From Octopus sinensis (Eukaryota): a stretch of 64,000 nucleotides of DNA. The stretch spans positions 16,554,001 through 16,618,000 of the forward strand of contig NC_043016.1 in the NCBI RefSeq assembly GCF_006345805.1. The letters run 5' to 3'. Shown in pieces: positions 40,742 to 51,792 of the stretch. A model generated the notes under the pieces. The model was given only the letters and a program-made list of their open reading frames with translations, had not been told where the DNA came from and did not search any database. Each line of letters begins with the position of its first letter. Positions within the stretch are counted from its first letter, which is position 1. Both the position numbers and the translations under genes were made by a program.

Positions 40742-41201
40742 CGATTGATTTGTTTCAGTTCCTGTCAACGAAATCCATATCTATATATATATATATATAT
40801 ATATATATGCATACACACACACACAAAGATGAATTGATAGATACAACTGAGTGGGCAAATAAAAATATGAGACATGGCCTTTTTTTATATTTTGATAAGC
40901 CTGGTACTTATTCAATCAGTTTCTTCTTGTGAAACCAGTAAGTTATGGGGATGTAAATAAACGAACACCAGTTGTGAAGCAGCGATAAGGGAGAAACACA
41001 AAGACACACACATAGACTTGTATATATATACATACATATATATACAATTGATTTCTTTCAGTTTCTCTCTACAAAATCCACTGACAAGGCTTTGGTTGGT
41101 CTGAGGCTGGAGCAGAAGACACATGCCAAGTTACCACACAGTGGGACTGAACTAAGGACCATGTGTTTTGGAACCAAGTTTGTTACCACACAGCCACACC
41201 T

Positions 41202-41232
<31 letters not shown>

Positions 41233-42124
41233 AGTGTGTGTGTGTGTGTATGGGTGTATATATGTATGCATATATATATGTATGCATATATATATGTGTA
41301 TATATATATATGTGTACATACTACATGTACATCTATCAACCCGTGCTAGCACGGAAAACGGACGTTAAACGATGATGATGATGATGATGATATACATATA
41401 CATCTAGACAAACATGTATACACATATATGTATATCTTTAGAAATACATCTATACATATACAGCTATACATGTACATGTATACATATACACCTATATATA
41501 TACATATATCATCATCATCATCATCATCGTTTAGCGTCCACTTTCCATGCTAGCATGGGTTGGACGGTTCAACTGGGGTCTGTGAAGCCGGAAGGCTGCA
41601 TCAGGCTCAGTCTGATCTGGTAGTGTTTTTACGGCTGGATGCCCTTCCTAACGCCAACCACTCCGTGAGTGTAGTGGGTGCTTTTTACGTGCCACCCGCA
41701 CAGGTGCCAGATGGAGCTGGCAAAGCTCCGTTTGGCATCTGTGTGGGTGGCACGTAAAAAATGTATATATATATATATATGTATGTATATATATATATAT
41801 ATATATATATACAATAAATCTCTGAACGAGGTATAGACAGTAACTGCACGACAATGTGAAGTATATATACATCCATTTATATACATGTATATATATAGTA
41901 CAATGTAAGATAGGGGTTATAGGGATAACCCACTAAGGAGCAGTTTATTTGTATTATTTTTATTGTATTATTAATTTGCATATTGATGTATATTGTTTTG
42001 TTCGATTTTGATGTTCCCATTTGTATAATTAATAAATAATATGAAATTGTAAATCTGTAGGTTGATGATCAAAATGAATTTGTTCCTCCATTTTCTTATT
42101 TGTATATATATATATATACATACA

Positions 42125-42357
42125 ATAGAGATATGTTTTTGTTTCACTTTTAACACGTAAGACTGAAATAGTGGAGAAGATATGATATTGCTGTGGGCTT
42201 GCCCTAGGCGAGAAGTTAAAAAATTTTTTGCCCATGACACTCCATGGACCCTAAGTAAGGCATGTGTAAAATTTGAATGAAGTTGGTTGTGTAGTTCTCA
42301 AGTCTTAGGGATTCACACAGACAGACAGACACACATTCTCACTTTTATATATATAGA
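42125..42357 (-). mobile_element. Helitron 5' fragment (family of 9990-11545)
   Basis: Minus strand begins TCTATATATATAAAAGTGAGAATG; homologous to 10000-10220. Confidence 0.75.
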
Positions 42358-42774
42358 CGAGAGAAATAGTAATAGGAAAGAACGGAGTGATTATGAATAG
42401 TGTTGCAAATATTATTTGGCTTGAAATGAATTCTGTCGTATTTATAAGAAAGCAGACAGCTAGAAGGATGAAGGTATCAGTGGTGGTATAGTGGTGTGGG
42501 GTCGTTTGAATTGTCCATACGCTATGAAGGTTAGAGGTGAAGTGGATGACAATATACTTCACTTGATAAGGTAGCATGTGGTAAATATCTGTTACCATCT
42601 TCCATTGTCTCGTAGTGAGAAGTAAGTTTTATATCCCTGTGTTGGGAATGAAATGAGAATGAGATGTAAGGCAACAATGTTTTTGAGATTCCGGTTCGAA
42701 TGTAAGGCAGGTTTGAAAGTGTTCCCAACAGTTATTAGTTGTAGTGGTAGAGTGTTTATGCCGAATATGTACGT

Positions 42775-43050
42775 ATGCATGTATATATATATATGTATGT
42801 ATGCCTGTATATATATATATGTATGTATGCCTGTATATATATATATGTATGTATGCCTCTATATATATATATGTATGTATGCCTCTATATATATATATGT
42901 ATGTATGCCTGTAGATATATATATATGTATGTATGCCTGTATATATATATATGTATGTATGCCTGTATATATATATATGTATGTATGCCTGTATATATAT
43001 ATATGTATGTATGCCTGTATATATATATATGTATGTATGCCTGTATATAT
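42775..43050. repeat. 26-bp minisatellite (~10 copies)
   Basis: Unit GTATATATATATATGTATGTATGCCT. Confidence 0.9.
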
Positions 43051-43239
43051 GTACAAAATCCACTGAGAAGGCTTTGGTTGGTCTGAGGCTACAGCAGAAG
43101 ACACATGCCAAGTCACCACACAGTGGGACTGAACCCAGGACCATGTGTTTTGGAACGTAGTTTGTTACCACACAGCCACACCTGCCCCTATGTATGTGTG
43201 TGTGTGCGTATGTGTGTATGGTTGGATATATTATGCATG

Positions 43240-43991
43240 TATATATGTGTACATATTACATGTACATCTTTATATATATATATACATCTACACATAAAAT
43301 ACAAAATACAAAGTTATATCTTGATATCGCTAGTGATAACAATACTCAAAATATATAACAGACTGGAATTGTTAGCCCGTCTCTTGCAATTCCGATCAAT
43401 TGGATCTTGTCCTCCCTCTTGTATAGAAGTGTGGCTACAATCCAGCCTACCTCTACTTCTGGGGGACATTTTAAATTTTTATCCGGGACGTCCTACGTAC
43501 CAGATATAAAGGTAAAAATAAAATATTTCCACTTTGCAAGGTTCGAGTCGAGTACTCCCTTACATGCTCCGTTGACTCGAACCTTGCTTCTATTGTGGCT
43601 AATTTACCACCTCTGGTTAGATATCTTTCATAGTATTGTGTCCCTGTTTGGGGAAATTGACAATATTTTCACCATTTACACGGAAGTATTTTTGTTAAAA
43701 TGTCTTCGATAGGAGAAAGTCCAAAAATGAATTTCGCTGCAGCTGTCAGATTCTAGCCACACTTCTATACAAGAGGGAGGACAAGATACAATTGATCGGA
43801 ATTACAAGAGACGGGCTAACAATTCCAGTCTGTTATATATTTTGAGTATTGTTATCACTAGTGATATCAAGATATAACTTTGTATTTTGCATTTTATGTA
43901 TAGATGTATATATATAGATGTACATGTAATATGTACACATATATACATGCACTAACACTATGACCCGGCAACGACGGGTCTTTAATGCTAG
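43240..43991. mobile_element. rearranged Helitron 3' segments forming an inverted repeat
   Basis: 43245-43455 is the reverse complement of ~43755-43960; 3' hairpin + CTAG ends at 43991. Confidence 0.75.
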
Positions 43992-44012
43992 TATAGAATA
44001 AATATTACAAAC

Positions 44013-44155
44013 CCGAATTCTTTCTCTGGCTGCTGTATGACTTTGTTTTCTAGCAATGAGGAACTGTCTCAGAGAAAAGAACATCAGTCCTAGAGATAAG
44101 GCAATCAGAAGAGGACCCATCATGGAAGCACGGGCCCCGAAGATTTTATTGAAGC
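44013..44155 (-). CDS. second coding exon of 2-TM PY-motif protein (TM2)
   Basis: ttcttgtag|GC TTC...CGG|gtttgt; phase 1 start matches the previous exon. Translates SFNKIFGARASMMGPLLIALSLGLMFFSLRQFLIARKQSHTAARERIR. Confidence 0.88.
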
Positions 44156-44381
44156 CTACAAGAAATCAGAATAATTTTCAGTTAGTTACTTTCATGGCCC
44201 TAATCCAAAACAGAATTTAATAGGTGCATATTTGAAGAAATTACAGAGAGGTCAGTAAAATGATTTTAATGTCTACAGGAATTACAATTTAAAGGGCATG
44301 TTTGGAACACAAGCAAAGATTATTTACATTATTTACATTACTTACATTTGACGGATATTTGTCCTCATCTTGTTTGTTGTT

Positions 44382-44427
44382 AACACAACCTTTCGACTGA
44401 TATACCCTCCAGCCTTCTTCAGGTGTC
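44382..44427 (-). ncRNA. minimal hammerhead (family A), stem III mutated
   Basis: GACAC CUGAAGA A GGCUG..CAGUC GAAA GGUU GUGUU. Confidence 0.6.
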
Positions 44428-44568
44428 TTGGGGAAATTTCAAACCTGCGTCTCATTCCTAATGTATTTTTCGAAATTATTATTATTACTCAGTTCAATAT
44501 TTAAGAGATGAGGAATTATGTACATTATTTACAATTGATGGATATTTGTCAACATCTTGTTTGTTGTT

Positions 44569-44614
44569 AACACAACGTTTCGGCTGATATAGCCTCCTGC
44601 CTTCATCAGGTGTC
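44569..44614 (-). ncRNA. minimal hammerhead (family A)
   Basis: GACAC CUGAUGA A GGCAG..CAGCC GAAAC GUU GUGUU; one stem II mismatch. Confidence 0.78.
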
Positions 44615-44679
44615 TTGGGGAAATTTCGAACCTGGGTTCTCATTCCTAAGGTATTTTTTGATGTTATTACTATTGTTGA

Positions 44680-44751
44680 GGTCACTGCTTGGCATCGAAC
44701 TCAGAATCTTGGGGTTAGTAGCCTGCGCTCTTAACCACTACGCCATATGCC
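44680..44751 (-). other. tRNA-like sequence / Pol III type-2 promoter (not a functional tRNA)
   Basis: A-box TGGCGTAGTGG, anticodon-like loop CT-ACT-AA, B-box GAGTTCGATGCC; acceptor and T stems poorly paired. Confidence 0.7.
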
Positions 44752-44972
44752 TGTGTGTAATTATGGAATGAATTTTAGGGCTTATAAATCTAATATTTTC
44801 CTAATACCAGTTCCCATATGCTGCTCATATCTGCACTCGGTCTGCTTAGGAGGTTGTTGTGTCCTAGCATATGTGCTGTTTCTTTTAGTTTTTGTATTTT
44901 CCATGGTGTTTTCTATATAATAACATTGAAGAATATCTTATGAATGAGAACCCAGATTCGAAATTTCCCCAA

Positions 44973-45018
44973 GACACCTGATGAAGGCTGGAGGGTATAT
45001 CAGCCGAAACGTTGTGTT
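44973..45018 (+). ncRNA. minimal hammerhead (family A), best-preserved copy
   Basis: GACAC CTGATGA A GGCTG gagggtatat CAGCC GAAAC GTT GTGTT; palindromic ACGT stem III; predicted cleavage after 45013. Confidence 0.85.
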
Positions 45019-45174
45019 AACAACAAACAAGATGAGGATGAATATCCATCAATTGTAAATAATGTACATAAATCCTCATCTCTTAAATATAGAACTGTAC
45101 AAGCAGAGATTGTTATATAAATTCATGATGGAATATTTATACACCAAAATCTTACAATACTGTTCCTGCTGCTG

Positions 45175-45515
45175 AGATCCCCTTCGGTCATGACTGACCA
45201 TGGGATCGCACCTAGAAAGTTACCCTCCCAGGCATGAGTCTCGGCAAGGTTGTTTATGGAAGACCAGCAGTCGCCCATGCCTTCCAGCCTCCCCTCTTCA
45301 TGTCACCGATGTTATCCAAGGGAAAGGCAAAGGGGCCGATGCAGCTTGGCACCTGTGATGTTGCAACTCATTTCTACTGCTGAGTGAACTGGAGCAAAGT
45401 GAAGAAATAAAGTGTCTTGCTCAAGAACATAACATGCACCCTGGTCCGGAATTCGAACTCACAACCTCACGATTGTAAGCTCGATGCTCTAACCACTGAG
45501 CCATGTGCCTTCACA
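45175..45515 (-). mobile_element. tRNA-derived SINE, fourth family (related copies ~55715-55955, ~59930-60180)
   Basis: TGGCTCAGTGGTTAGAGC...GAGTTCGAATTCC head followed by TTCTTGAGCAAGACAC. Confidence 0.75.
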
Positions 45516-46860
45516 TATTGTTGCTATAATACTGAGAAAAACAATACTCAAGCGAGGGCATTGCCAGTGCCTCTGGACTGGATCCCGTGCCAGTGGCAAG
45601 TAAAAAGCACCATTCGATAGTGATTGTTAACAGCAACAGAAGCCAGTCAAGGCGGCTCTAGCAGTTTCAGATAGTGCTTTTGACATCCCACCGGTACAGG
45701 GGCCAGAGGAGGCTGGAAACGGCCACGATCAGTTGGTGCTTTTTATGTGCCACCAGCACAGAGGCCAGAGGAGACTGGCAGCAGCCACGATCTGTTGGTG
45801 CTTTTTACATGCCACTGGCAGAGGGGCCAGAAGGCGCTGGTAATGGCAACAATCAGATGGTGCATTTTATGTGCCACCGGCATGGAAGCCATTCAAGGCG
45901 GCACTGGTATCGGCTATGTTTGGATGGTGCTTTTTACATGCCACTGGCACAGGGGCAAGAGGAGGCTGGCATTTGCCATGTTCAAATAGTGCTTTTTATG
46001 TGCTACCAACACAGAAGCCAGTCAAGGCGGTGCTGGCATCGGCCACATTCGAATGGTGCATTTTACATGCCACCGGTACAGGTATCATAACTACAATTTC
46101 CATTTGATATTTATTTTGATGTTGATGTACTTGACTCAATAGGTCTCCTCAAGCACAGCAGGTCACCCTGCGATCCAAGGTAACTACAGTAGGTCACCCT
46201 ATGATTCAAGGTAAGTACAGTAGGTCACCCTACGATCCAAGGTAAAACACAGCAGGTCGCCCTATGCTTCAAGGAAAGTACAGCAGGTCGTTTCAACCAA
46301 TTAATATCAAATAAAAGATTTTGAAAATTAAAGGTGTCAGATTTTCAAGGTATGTTTGAATGGGCTGGGACTGGTTATGCGAAACTAGTGTAGGATACAA
46401 TCGTGAACTCACTTTATTTGCCAGGCCTTCGCAGTCACAGCAGGTTGCCCTACGATCCAGGGTAAAAAGAATATATTTAAATAAGAACAATGGCTGCAGG
46501 GTGGTCAATGTCAAATATATGTTGAGAGCTCACTGCCCAGCATTAAGGTGGCGAGCTGGTAGAAATGTTAGCACGCAAGGCGAAATACTTAGTGGTATTT
46601 CGTTTGCCGTTATGTTCTGAGTTCAAATTCCGCCGAGGTTGACTTTGCCTTTCATCCTTTCTGGGTCAATAAATTAAGTACCAGTTACGCACTGGGGTCG
46701 ATGTAATCGACTTAATCCCTTTGTCTGTCCTTGTTTGTCCCCTCTATGTTTAGCCCCTTGTGGGCAATAAAGAAATTAGAAATGCTGGGCAGAGTATGTA
46801 ATTGGACAGGGTTGAGGGGGGAAAAAATTTTCAAATAATAATTAAGAAAATCTGGCTTAC

Positions 46861-47035
46861 TCATCCATGTTAAAAGTCCGCCAATGGTCAACATTATTCC
46901 GGCCACAGTGCTGAAGAGAACGCCTCGTCGAAATGGTTCTTTACCGGGAATAATGGACGAAGAAGCAAAATATGTGCGCAGTGCATTTGGGCGTCGAACT
47001 CTCTGCACCATGTGGATATTAGCCGAATGGAACAT
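46861..47035 (-). CDS. first coding exon of uncharacterised 2-TM PY-motif protein (PIRT/TMEM100/TMEM174-like architecture); exon starts at 47126
   Basis: ttttcatttacag acceptor, upstream in-frame TGA, accATG. Translates MFHSANIH...RRGVLFSTVAGIMLTIGGLLTWM, then A|gtaagc. Confidence 0.85.
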
Positions 47036-47220
47036 GGTATTGCTTGAGATGGCTGGTCAATAAGGTTGTGCTGCTGCTGCTGCTGCTAACCAGACATCAG
47101 CAGAATTAAACGGGAATTAGTTTGACCTGTAAATGAAAAGATAACAAGAGATAATATTGTAGAATAACAAAGATTAGATATTAAATCAAAATCCATATAT
47201 ATATATGCATCATTTTTATA

Positions 47221-47752
47221 ATTACTTCCGCCAAGGAAGGAGGTCGTGTTTTCATTGTCGTTGGTTTGTCCGTCTGTCTGTCTGTGTGCAACACAACTCA
47301 AAAAGTTGTAAACAATATTTGACGAAACTTGCAGGAGAGGTTAATAATGACACGGGAAACAGATAATGAAAGTTTGGTAGTGATCCGTGAATTTTTATGG
47401 ATTCTAGAAGGATTTTTACGTCTGTCTGCAAAATATCTCTGAAAATAGTATTTGATAAAACTTGCAGGAAAAGTTGTTAATGACACAGGGAACAGATAAT
47501 GAAGTTTTGGTAGTGATCCAGTCATTTTTATGGATTTTAGAAGGAATTTTCATTTGTTATATATCCTTTACATGAAGGATTACTATTACATTCTTTGATT
47601 ATCTCCCTTGAAAAGACATTCATCTTTCCACGTAACCTATGGTGGTGTTGTAGTTTCCAAATTTTATTTTTATTTCTCTATTAGTAATTTTACTCGCGCA
47701 TCTATCTTAAAATGAGCTTCACGGAAGTCAGCATTCTCCAAGTTCTTTTCTA
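47221..47752 (+). mobile_element. Helentron-associated (HINE/DINE-1-like) non-autonomous element
   Basis: 5' TTACTTCCGCCAAGGAAGGAGG, (GTCT)n, internal ~135-bp tandem duplication, 3' subTIR-like CGGAAGT. Confidence 0.65.
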
Positions 47753-47767
47753 CTTCTGTATTACATA

Positions 47768-48268
47768 CCATAAATCTTCGAGAATAATCCGCCCTTGAGT
47801 ATAATACGCAGGGGATTTTTAGGGGGCTGTACTTCTGAAAAACTTAAACCTTGTGTATAATACACACCCCTTCTCTAACTTGAGTTGTGCGTAATTAAGC
47901 CAGCAGTATCAAGTCGAACAAACACTTCCACGCATGCATAATACAATAATGGTGATGTTCTTAACTGTTATATGGGAATGTAAATATGTTTGCAAATTGT
48001 TTTTGTTACATGTTATTCTGTGTTCTGAACACTTTTATTTTAATAAATGTTGCTTACTGCAAGCTATGGATGATTCTTTTATGACTTCATTGCTTTCAGG
48101 CTTAGCTAAAGGTATTTTTGTGCCCTGCACCACAAAATGTGTCTGAATAAACATTGCCAGACAGCAAATAGAGACTCGGACATTGCTTAGAAAATATTTT
48201 TCATTTTTAACCCCGTATATAGTACACACTAGGGATTTTGAATACGGATTATACTCAAAGATTTACAG
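47768..48268. mobile_element. second copy of the pogo-type MITE
   Basis: Homologous to 5145-5652, degenerate TIRs. Confidence 0.8.
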
Positions 48269-48303
48269 TCCGTGAGATCTATTAATCTTTACTTTTTTCT
48301 CAC

Positions 48304-48343
<40 letters not shown>

Positions 48344-48761
48344 TAGGTGTAGGAGTGGCTGTGTGGTAAGTAGCTTGTATACCAACCACATGGTTCCATG
48401 TTCAGTCCCACTGCGTGGCACCTTGGGCAAGTGTCTTCTCCTATAGCCTCAGGCCGACCAAAGCCTTGTCAGTGGATTTGGTAGATGGAACTGAAAGAAG
48501 CCCCTCGTATATAGTATTATATGTATACATGTGTATATGTTTGTGTGTCTGTGTTTGTCCCCCCAACATCACTTGACAACCAATGCTGGTGTGTCTACGT
48601 CCCTGTAACTTAGCAGATCAGGAAAAGAGACCGATAGAATAAGTACTAGGCTTACAAAGAATAAGTCCTGGGGTTGATTTGATCGACTAAAAGCGGTGCT
48701 CCTGCATGGCCGCAGTCAAAATGACTGAAACAAGTATAAGAGTAAAGAGTAAAGTGTAACC

Positions 48762-49165
48762 ATGTCAGAGACAAAAAATTCAGCACAACCGTCAGATTTT
48801 CAAAGGCGTCGTATTGTTGGGCAATCTGAGGTTGGCCTTAGCCAGTGAATAATTGACGAAAATTTTTGAATTCTTCTTGCTACTGTTAATAGAATTATAG
48901 TGCAATTCAAAAGCCAAGGAGAAGAATCAATAGATTCTCATCCAAGCTGACCTGGGCCCTTGGAAAGGAGGCTTTGCTGTTTGAAGGAAATTGTGGAAAA
49001 CGAACCCCGTTCGAAGGCTTATGACATTGCAAAACAGCTAGAAGCTAGTCCAAGAACGTGTGTTATATATCTGCTTAAGCTTGGGTATTATAGACGAGTA
49101 GCTAGAAGAAAACCTCTCCTTCAACCAATTAATATCAAATAAAAGATTTCGAAAATTAAAAGTCT
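48762..49165 (+). mobile_element. Tc1-like transposase N-terminal fragment (pseudogene)
   Basis: DFQRRRIVG...TVNRII and LGYYRRVARRKPLL, with stops and frameshifts. Confidence 0.75.
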
Positions 49166-50494
49166 ATTTACTTCCTGCATGTCTGTGTAAACTCACACAC
49201 ATAAACAGCTCCCGCTGCCCTAATTTTTCTTAATCCATTGGTTTTCAATTATTGATGTAAATATCATATTAAATCTTGTCTAAATTGTTAATCATAATCT
49301 TTCTAACATACAGAATCACACACCATTAATCCTTGAATACACAATGCACGAAGGCCACATATATTCACACAATATTATCATTATTATCATTTTTAGATCA
49401 GTTTTTGTTTCATATATACATGGATTACACAAGAATTCTGAAAGAGACCATATTGCCATTAGCTGCAGTCCTGTGACAGCACCTTTCAGAGTTCTACCAT
49501 CTTGAGATCACATTTTATGCATCTGTAAAGGCAGAAATTTATTTGTGAACATTATTATTACGAGTTGGAGTCAGCAGTCGTGACGATAAGAGTTTTGTTG
49601 GTATAATTGCATACTGTAGGATGTGAAAGATGGGAAAGATGCATTGAAGTTTTAAGGAAATATTTATTTACCGTTACGTTACAAATATCTTGTCTCGATG
49701 GGCAGGTTTTGATACATCCAAAAGCATGCAAAGTAAAGTTTGTGTTTGTGTCCTCTTCATTGTTTAGTAGTAAACACAGAGAGAGATAGAATGATGTTGT
49801 AAGAGAACAGAATTAGAGCTAGAGAGAATTGTAGAGTGTTGTCTGACAGTTGCTGGCAGTAAACTTCATTTCTCCCTCTGACCAATGTTGGTCAGCCAGA
49901 CCACGTTGAGTCATCACAGAGTGGTGACTAACTGATTTTTGCTTGAGATGTGCTTGCTTTTATTAAGATCCAGAAGGATAGATATATCATTGAGAACAAT
50001 AGATTTAGTTGGTGGTCTTGTTATCTCTATTCTAGCTTTTGGTGAAGTAGAAGAGGTTAGAAAGGGTCAAGTGGTGAAGGCATTATTTCGGCCTAGCTAA
50101 AGGCATCTGGAAAATGTAAAACTGCTGTCAGAGAAAAACCATTGTTCCACCGTGGGAACAGTTCTGTTGCAGTGTTAATTTAAATTTGGCTGTGGTGGAT
50201 CGAATCCACTTCAAGCATGCAAGATTCACTACACATCTATTATTTAATTTTCCTCTCAGCTCCTTCACACTCCATAATTTATTCATATTGATATTAAACA
50301 ACCAGCAAAGCATATGTATCTTATTTCATTTCTACATGCAATATTATGCTTTCTACACATAATATCCAAGAATTCGCCCTTCATTTTCAAGTCGAAATCT
50401 GTTGCCAGCTGATCTGAAAAATGGTCTTTGACCTTCTCCTGTTTAAACAGTGAATAAGTGAAATTGTTAGGGTGACAGGTATGGTGGGTTGTAC

Positions 50495-50705
50495 TATTTA
50501 CATTATTTACAATTGACGGATATTTGTCCTCATCTTGTTTGTTGTTAACACGTTTCGGCTGATATATCCTTCAGCCTTCATCAGGTGTCTTGGGGAAATT
50601 TTGAACCTGGGTTCTCATTCCTAAGGTATTTTGCAATGTTAGTATTATTATTCAGTTCTATATTTAAGAGATGAGGAATTATGTATGTTATTTACATTAT
50701 TTACA
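50495..50705 (-). mobile_element. family-A pLTR with hammerhead core carrying a 3-nt deletion at the cleavage site (same lesion at 13963-14078, +)
   Basis: GACAC CUGAUGA A GGCUG..CAGCC GAAACGUGUUAAC. Confidence 0.7.
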
Positions 50706-50951
50706 TCCCATCAAGTAGCTGAAGGCAGACCTGTGGCTAAAACACACAGGACCCATAGACATCTGTCACATCAGGCCTACCTTCCAGTGCATGGATAAGT
50801 CCTAATATCACATGAACAATGATCCCATAGTTAACAATTAAATAACTTCTGATGGCACCTCTGTTTTGGATAACAACATCGATGATGGTAGTGGTGAGGC
50901 CCCAACTCAGGAGTTTTGGTGAAAATGAAGTTAGAATTTATTCACAATTAA

Positions 50952-51792
50952 CCCCTTAGTAGATTATCCCGAGATTACTCATGCATTGCAAATGTATCTT
51001 TTTTAGAGCCAGACAAGTATACTCGGTCAAAATTAACTTTTAATTTTAGTACTCAAACGAGTTTATTCGTTTTGTGTCGTTTCATTTTTGAGCAATCACG
51101 AATTTACTCGCGTTGTTTAAAAAAAAAAGTATTTTATCATTTGATGGATTTGGCTATCTGGAATAATTATGTTTTGTATAAAGCATCCTTGGAAACTTCA
51201 GCTTCTGTTATGAAACTGCTGAAATTTAGAATGCAAATAATCACCAAGATTATTGAAAAATATAGGCCCTTATTGCCTCCCACGAAACCAGGAAAACCAT
51301 CATCAATCAGATTTGCCCCAGCTGGTCACTTTCCCATGGAAATACCACCAAGTGATAAAAAAAAGAACCCTTCAAGACAGTGTGCAAAATGCGCAGAGAA
51401 GAGAGAAGCTAAAGGAAAGAAGATTCAAAGAGAAAGCAGATACATGTGTGATGTCTGCAAGATAACTTTGTGTGTAACTCCTTGTTTTCAAAATTATCAT
51501 TCTAAATAAACTGTATATCTCATTTTTTAAAAATTTTCCTTTCATTTAAAAGCAAAACATCTTAGAAAGAAATCAAAGATCGTTAAGTTATATGTACTTT
51601 TTCAATGTCCGAGTAAACTCGCTTAAATCCAAATGAGTAAAAGTACATTTTAATTTCTATAATAAAAAATAAAGGGAACAAGATAAAAAACTTTTTTTTT
51701 GTAATTAACACAGGGTATATCGTTAAAAAAGGAAATAAATAAATATGCTCTGAAATGAAACGCCATGTCAAAATAATTGATCCATTAAGGGG
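50952..51792 (+). mobile_element. internally deleted piggyBac (841 bp) retaining the transposase C-terminal Cys-rich domain
   Basis: TTAA|CCCCTTAGTAGAT ... ATCCATTAAGGGG|TTAA. ORF 51072..51509 with KKVFYHLMDLAIWN and RQCAKC...SRYMCDVCKITLCVTPCFQNYH. Confidence 0.92.

Larger units (their letters stand above)
44320..45100. mobile_element. Penelope-like 3' remnant: GIY-YIG-like C-terminus, tRNA-like head, two tandem pLTRs (-) and one inverted pLTR (+)
   Basis: Minus ~44915-44790 translates WKIQKLKETAHMLGHNNLLSRPSADMSSIWE. ~187-bp hammerhead-bearing units follow. Confidence 0.75.

Noticed and set aside
44680-44751. Functional tRNA-Ser(ACT) gene
   Set aside because: Acceptor, anticodon and T stems pair poorly and there is no long variable arm; treated as a tRNA-derived promoter.
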